Shown: in pieces, positions 58,728 through 64,000 of the stretch
Numbering within the stretch: the stretch's first letter is position 1
How the letters are laid out: the number at the start of each line of letters is the position of its first letter
Origin: an uncultured Candidatus Babeliaceae bacterium
Lineage (GTDB): Bacteria > Babelota > Babeliae > Babelales > Babelaceae
Assembly (NCBI GenBank): GCA_963704655.1
Contig: OY969927.1
Location: 736,001 to 800,000, forward strand
Direction: 5' to 3'
Length of the DNA stretch: 64,000 nt
Notes under the pieces: model-generated
Database searches by the model: none
What the model was told of the DNA's origin: nothing
What the model saw: only the letters and a program-made list of their open reading frames with translations
Made by a program: the position numbers and the translations under genes

Positions 58728-60230
58728 ATGAAAAATTCAATAAAATTTATGCTGATTTTCTCATCTTTAACCGCGGCATCAGCACTTGTTGCATTGCAGC
58801 CAGCGGATGTTTTGAGCCAAGCAAGAGCATTTACAAAAGAGTACACCAAGGTGCAAAAAACCAGCGAAGTAGATCTAATTAATAAATTCACAAATGAAAA
58901 CAGGGCTCGGGCAAAAGAGCATTTCGACAAGCTGTTTTCGCTTAATCCAAACCAACTAGATCAACAACAAGCCGAACTTAAAGAGAACCTGATACAATTT
59001 TTTATTCAAAATTTCAGTTTTACTAATCCAAGGAATATAGTAGAAGGATTCATAAAAGAAGGTAAAGATTTTAATGAAAAAAACTTTGAAAAGCAAACAA
59101 ATTTGACTGCCCCAGAACTACTTCCAAAAGAAGCTCAAATCCGCAAAGAGCGGTTAGAAGAAGCTTCTGACTATTTTTCTAAGTTTGATCGCGCAACTCA
59201 ACAAACGTTGCTGAATGATTTTCAGCTAGCAACAGCAAATATGAAGAGATCCATAGATATTATCAATCAAAAAATTGGCGGGCAATCAAAACCAGCAGCT
59301 TCTGCTACGCAAACAATTTCGAACCTGCCACCATTGTCAGAATTCCCAACATCTGAACAATTGACTGAAGCCAGTTACGCATTAACCGACCTTAGGAATT
59401 TCTATGCAGGTATTGGACATGGGGACGCTCTTGATTTCTATAACCGAATAGAACGGCTTAATCCGCAGGTCATGAATAATGATAAAAAAACAAGAATACT
59501 CCAGTATATTAATTTTGATTATAATTTACAGAAGGCCATAGGGGCACCGCAACAGCAAGATTATGCCTCGTATTCACCAGAAGATAAGAAGCTTTTACTG
59601 AAATTTGAAAGCATTGATAATGCATTTAACCACAATAGATATAATCAGGAAAAAGCCATACCTACATTACTAACAGGAAAAGATCTATCAACTTTAGATT
59701 CTTACATCAATGGAAATAACGACCTTATCAAAAGAGCGAAAGAATCAAAAGCAAAAATAAAAAATAGCAAGATAACCCTGCCAGACAATATCTCTAAAGA
59801 TGGATATTTTGATGCTGTTATAAATTATTACACTGAGAATAATAAGAAATTAGAACAGAAAAAAGCCCAATTAACTTCTTTACCGGCTTCTTGGCAAGCC
59901 CCAAAAGGTGTTGTTACCCGTGCACAGATACCAACTACCCCAGGTAGCAAAGCAGACTTAGAAATCGCTGTTCAGGAATATTCAAAGAATGCAAAAGAAT
60001 TAGCGACAAAGGCTAAAAACGCAAGTAACTTAGATGTGAACACCCTTCAGCAACTTATACAAGAAGGTAATGCTCAAGTAAAAAATGGTGTTGATTTATA
60101 CAAAAAAGCAAGAGATTCTGCAAAAGCAGAACTTAAAAATACCGTTATGACAGCCAGCAGTAGTTTAAGCAACTCAGTAAATTCACTTAAAACTTCTCTT
60201 AAAATTGTGCAATTACCGAAATTTGATTAA
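58728..60230 (+). CDS. Hypothetical exported helical protein
   Basis: 500-aa ORF with signal peptide. Confidence 0.8.
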   Translation: MKNSIKFMLIFSSLTAASALVALQPADVLSQARAFTKEYTKVQKTSEVDLINKFTNENRARAKEHFDKLFSLNPNQLDQQQAELKENLIQFFIQNFSFTNPRNIVEGFIKEGKDFNEKNFEKQTNLTAPELLPKEAQIRKERLEEASDYFSKFDRATQQTLLNDFQLATANMKRSIDIINQKIGGQSKPAASATQTISNLPPLSEFPTSEQLTEASYALTDLRNFYAGIGHGDALDFYNRIERLNPQVMNNDKKTRILQYINFDYNLQKAIGAPQQQDYASYSPEDKKLLLKFESIDNAFNHNRYNQEKAIPTLLTGKDLSTLDSYINGNNDLIKRAKESKAKIKNSKITLPDNISKDGYFDAVINYYTENNKKLEQKKAQLTSLPASWQAPKGVVTRAQIPTTPGSKADLEIAVQEYSKNAKELATKAKNASNLDVNTLQQLIQEGNAQVKNGVDLYKKARDSAKAELKNTVMTASSSLSNSVNSLKTSLKIVQLPKFD

Positions 60231-60258
60231 AAAATCATACCCACAATTTAAAACCAAT

Positions 60259-60287
60259 GGGCTCGAGGATAACTCGGGCCCTTTTTT
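60259..60287 (+). terminator. Intrinsic terminator
   Basis: gggctcgag-gataa-ctcgggccc-tttttt. Confidence 0.85.
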
Positions 60288-60367
60288 AATACTTATTTTT
60301 AACGTACCCACACCCGATTCTCAGTAAGCACTTGTTTTTTATGTAAAGTCATTCTAAACTTCCGCTT

Positions 60368-61399
60368 ATGAAGCACACTATACTCGTTACCGGTGGCGCA
60401 GGGTACATCGGCTCACACACTGTCCAAGAGCTTATTGATCATAACTACCACGTAGTTGTAATTGATAGAACATGCTCTTTTGAAATTAATCACCCGAATA
60501 TCACCTATTTTCAATGCGATATAGCCGATACTCAAGCGGTAAAAACAATTTTAAATCATTACACCATTGATGCGGTTGTCCACTGTGCTGCATCAATAGA
60601 AGTCGGCGCCTCAGTAGTAAACCCTGCAGAATATTATGAGAATAATGTTATAAAAACTTTGATGCTACTCGATACGTTGCGTAAACAAGATATAAACAAA
60701 ATTGTCTTTTCTTCAAGCGCTGCGGTATATGGCATTCCACAACAGCTGCCTCTTAAAGAAACACACTCCTGCAACCCCATAAACCCCTATGGCAGAACAA
60801 AATATATTATTGAGCAGATATTAAGCGATTATCAAAAAGCGTACAATTTAGAATACGTAGCGTTGCGTTATTTTAATGCGGCCGGCGCTTGGCCAGAATA
60901 TAATCTGGGTGAACGGCATGAACCAGAAACACATCTTATCCCGCGCATTTTACAAGCAGTTTTAGATAATAAAAAATTCACACTTTTTGGCAATGACTAC
61001 GAAACTCCTGATGGCACGTGTGTACGTGATTATGTGCATGTACGCGATATTGCACAAGCACATAGACTCGCGTTGGAATTTTTATTTAATAAACATAAAA
61101 GCGCAATTATCAATTTAGGAACAGCTCGTGGATTTTCAATTCAAGAAATTATCACCAGTGTCGAACAGGTTACTAAAAAAAAGATCGCCATAAAACATAT
61201 GCCACGCAGAGCGGGTGACCCTGCTTATCTTATTGCCGACAATGGCTTGGCGCATGAACTTTTAGATTGGCGACCATTACATAGTGATATCACCAGCATT
61301 ATTGCCAGCGCATATGAATTTTATATACAAAAATCTCATAAAATAGTTAATATACGGCCGTACAATGCGTCCGCTAACCCTTGCGTAGGCTCAGGATGA
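60368..61399 (+). CDS. galE: UDP-glucose 4-epimerase
   Basis: GGAGYIGSH, FSSSAAVYG, YGRTK, LRYFN, DGTCVRDYVH. Confidence 0.97.
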   Translation: MKHTILVTGGAGYIGSHTVQELIDHNYHVVVIDRTCSFEINHPNITYFQCDIADTQAVKTILNHYTIDAVVHCAASIEVGASVVNPAEYYENNVIKTLMLLDTLRKQDINKIVFSSSAAVYGIPQQLPLKETHSCNPINPYGRTKYIIEQILSDYQKAYNLEYVALRYFNAAGAWPEYNLGERHEPETHLIPRILQAVLDNKKFTLFGNDYETPDGTCVRDYVHVRDIAQAHRLALEFLFNKHKSAIINLGTARGFSIQEIITSVEQVTKKKIAIKHMPRRAGDPAYLIADNGLAHELLDWRPLHSDITSIIASAYEFYIQKSHKIVNIRPYNASANPCVGSG

Positions 61400-61439
61400 G
61401 CGAGCGTTTACTGCTGAGTCGAAGCATCAGGGTGCACGG
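61371..61439. repeat. Family A composite overlapping the galE stop
   Basis: ccgctaacccttgcgtaggctcaggaTGAgcg..tgctgagtcgaagcatcagggtgcacgg. Confidence 0.88.
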
Positions 61440-61473
61440 GTGTATAACCAGCATCAAATCAATTTAGGGTAAC

Positions 61474-63006
61474 ATGAAAAAAAAAATAATTAAGTTAGTT
61501 CTTATAGTGATAGCGCCAGCTATTAAAGCAGATGATTTTGCATGTCATTCATTTTTTACGGTGCACCCGCAATTTAGACTTGTATCGCCAGAAAAAGAGG
61601 CGCTCTTTCGTAACGACAGAATGCTCTTGCGTGAAGGTGGCATAGAAGGAACCATACAGACAGTATTCTATGGCGGACAATCTAACAACGATCTTGAATT
61701 AAATAAATATTTCTTACCATCAAATAAAACAGCATTAAATGCACAAGAATATAAATCGCCTAACTTTACCCAAGATGGCATTTTCGTCAAGGACCTTGAG
61801 GCACGTAACTTTAATATCGCCACAAACCCAAATTCAGGCACCACATTTAAAAGTACCATTCTTTTCAGACCGCAACAAACAAGCTTTGGTATAGGGTTTT
61901 CGTGGATTCAAAACCTCTGGCATGACAGCCAGGATGTTCCACGTATCTGGGCAGAAGTTTCGTTCCCGGTGCAGTATATAAAAAATGAAATGAAATTAAA
62001 CGAATTTGTTGTTAATGACGGCGGCGGCCCAAATGGTCAAATAGGCTTAGACGGCGCGCCACATGTTGCAAATATGAGAGAGGCATTTAAGCAACCAAAC
62101 TGGCTCTATGGCAAAGTTGATAACTGTGCCGACCTTTCTACATGGGGCGTTTCTGATATTGAACTTACTGTTGGTTATAATGCATTCACCTGCCAAACAT
62201 GTGATTTTAATGCTTATGCTGGGCTTGTTATACCCACAGGAACAAAAATTAACCAAAAAAATGCTGCTTATATGTGGCGCCCCGTTGTGGGAAATAATCA
62301 CCACTGGGGCATTCTTTTTGGCGCACACGCAGGCTTTATTGTGTTTGAACATAAACTCCATAAAATCGATTTAGAGTTTGATGCAGAGGGCCAGTATCTT
62401 TTTAAAAATACACAGTGGCGCTCATTTGATTTAGTACAACAGGAGCAATGGAGCAGATACCTTGAAGTGTATCAAAATCTTGCACAAGCAACTGAAGCTG
62501 CTGGATACCCGGCACCATTAAACATGAATGCTGGCACATCGGGGATAAATGTATTTACCACATGTGCACAAGTGCATCCAAAGTTCACGCTTAATACCAA
62601 TAGCGGCTTTATTTACACCTGGAAGGGACTGCAAGCAGAGTTTGGTTTTAATTTTTTTACGCGTGAAGCAGAAGAAATTACTAAATGTTCATGGAATACT
62701 GACGTAGCAATTAAAAATATAGATGGTGAAGGTGAAACAACTATTGCACGCACCATAAAAAATAATTTTACTGGCTCTGCAATTACGCTTGCAAACTATA
62801 CCACACTTACCTTGGCAGATTTAGATCTGAATTCCGCGGCACACCCAACAACACTTACACACACAGTATACACAGCACTTGGTTGGAACTGGGATGATAT
62901 CGCCATTCCTGTCTTTATTGGCGCCGGTGCTTCATACGAATTTACAACGGTAACCTGCGCACTTGATCGCTGGTTGATATTTGGTAAAGTTGGTATTTCA
63001 TTTTAA
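61474..63006 (+). CDS. Exported paralog-family protein (putative outer-membrane beta-barrel)
   Basis: Collinear with the 53496 gene; ends GKVGISF. Confidence 0.8.
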   Translation: MKKKIIKLVLIVIAPAIKADDFACHSFFTVHPQFRLVSPEKEALFRNDRMLLREGGIEGTIQTVFYGGQSNNDLELNKYFLPSNKTALNAQEYKSPNFTQDGIFVKDLEARNFNIATNPNSGTTFKSTILFRPQQTSFGIGFSWIQNLWHDSQDVPRIWAEVSFPVQYIKNEMKLNEFVVNDGGGPNGQIGLDGAPHVANMREAFKQPNWLYGKVDNCADLSTWGVSDIELTVGYNAFTCQTCDFNAYAGLVIPTGTKINQKNAAYMWRPVVGNNHHWGILFGAHAGFIVFEHKLHKIDLEFDAEGQYLFKNTQWRSFDLVQQEQWSRYLEVYQNLAQATEAAGYPAPLNMNAGTSGINVFTTCAQVHPKFTLNTNSGFIYTWKGLQAEFGFNFFTREAEEITKCSWNTDVAIKNIDGEGETTIARTIKNNFTGSAITLANYTTLTLADLDLNSAAHPTTLTHTVYTALGWNWDDIAIPVFIGAGASYEFTTVTCALDRWLIFGKVGISF

Positions 63007-63075
63007 TTGTTGACATAGTGAGCAAAATTTCAGTAAAACAAACTCATAGTCTTACCATTTTTTTCAAGGAGAAGT

Positions 63076-64000
63076 ATGAAGAGAAAATTAGTCGCGTTAG
63101 CACTGTTAGTTGCTGCGCCCGCAGTTCATGCGGATGATTTTGCTGGCCATTCATTTTTTACGGTTCGGCCACAATTTAGGTTAGTGTCACCAGAAAAAGA
63201 AGCGCTCTTTAGAAACGACCGCATGCAATTGAAAGACGGTGGCATTGAAGGAACCTGCCAAGTTGTTGTTTACGGCGGCCAATCAAATAACGGTTGTGCC
63301 ATAAACCAATATTTCTTGCCGTCCAATAAAACCTCATTAAATGTCCAAGAATATAAAACACCATTCTTTACACAAGACGGACAACCATCTAAAGATCTAG
63401 AGGCACGTAACTTTAATATCGTTACCAGCTCAGTAACTGAAACATTCAGAAGTAACATCGCATTTAATCCACAACAAACATCATTTGGTATCGGCTATAG
63501 CTGGATCCAAAACATTTGGCATGACTGCGACGGAGTTCCACGTGTTTGGGGCGAAATCTCATTCCCTGTACAATATATAAAAAATGAGATGAACTTACGT
63601 GAAAACGTTCTCAATGACGGCGGCGGCGCAGACGGCAATGTCGGCTTAGATGGCGCACAGCATGTTGGAAACATGACAGAAGCATTTGCACAATCAAACT
63701 GGCTCTATGGCAAAGTTAACAACTGTGCGGACCTTTCTGTATGGGGTGTTTCTGATGTAGAAATTACCTTTGGTTACAATGCGCTCTTTTCTGAAACCTG
63801 TGACTTTAATGCCTATGTCGGCTTTGTTGCACCTACAGGAACAAAGATCGATCAAAAAAATGCGGCATACATTTGGCGCCCTGTTATCGGGAACAACCAC
63901 CACTGGGGCGTGCTTTTCGGCGCACATGCATGTTTTTACTTGTATGAATGCGGACTACACAACCTTCGTTTAGAATTTGATGCTGAAGGCCAATATCTTT
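63076..64000 (+). CDS. Third close paralog, truncated by the window end
   Basis: Not in the ORF track. ATG 63076 after aaggag; MKRKLVALALLVAAPAVHADDFAGHSFFTVRPQFRLVSPEKEALFRNDRM. Confidence 0.88.
   Translation, partial: MKRKLVALALLVAAPAVHADDFAGHSFFTVRPQFRLVSPEKEALFRNDRMQLKDGGIEGTCQVVVYGGQSNNGCAINQYFLPSNKTSLNVQEYKTPFFTQDGQPSKDLEARNFNIVTSSVTETFRSNIAFNPQQTSFGIGYSWIQNIWHDCDGVPRVWGEISFPVQYIKNEMNLRENVLNDGGGADGNVGLDGAQHVGNMTEAFAQSNWLYGKVNNCADLSVWGVSDVEITFGYNALFSETCDFNAYVGFVAPTGTKIDQKNAAYIWRPVIGNNHHWGVLFGAHACFYLYECGLHNLRLEFDAEGQYL

Noticed and set aside
188-61439. Repeats as a CRISPR array
   Set aside because: They are dispersed, in both orientations, with no regular spacers and no cas genes in the window.

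Overview
AT-rich bacterial chromosomal window. It carries scattered housekeeping genes (murG, holB, tmk, rsmA, mreB, glmU, sbcD, lspA, pheT, murB, tgt, cdsA, bamD, mraY, valS, ybeY, hisS, galE, tRNA-Ser) among many orphan signal-peptide proteins. The gene content suggests a protist-associated intracellular bacterium, probably Ca. Dependentiae/TM6; this is an inference. The main unexplained structure is a family of short GC-rich palindromic repeats (core stem-GAG-loop-CGA-stem) at about 14 loci. Copies are intergenic, nested in one another, or inserted in frame in murG, pheT, murB, valS and hisS. Two perfectly inverted 35-bp copies bracket a small GIY-YIG nuclease gene. That cassette is bounded by a 22-bp direct repeat duplicating the 3' end of the GspE/PilB ATPase gene. 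It is a candidate autonomous, GIY-YIG-driven parent of a REP/RPE-like element system. All product calls come from motif recognition by eye; no database search was run.
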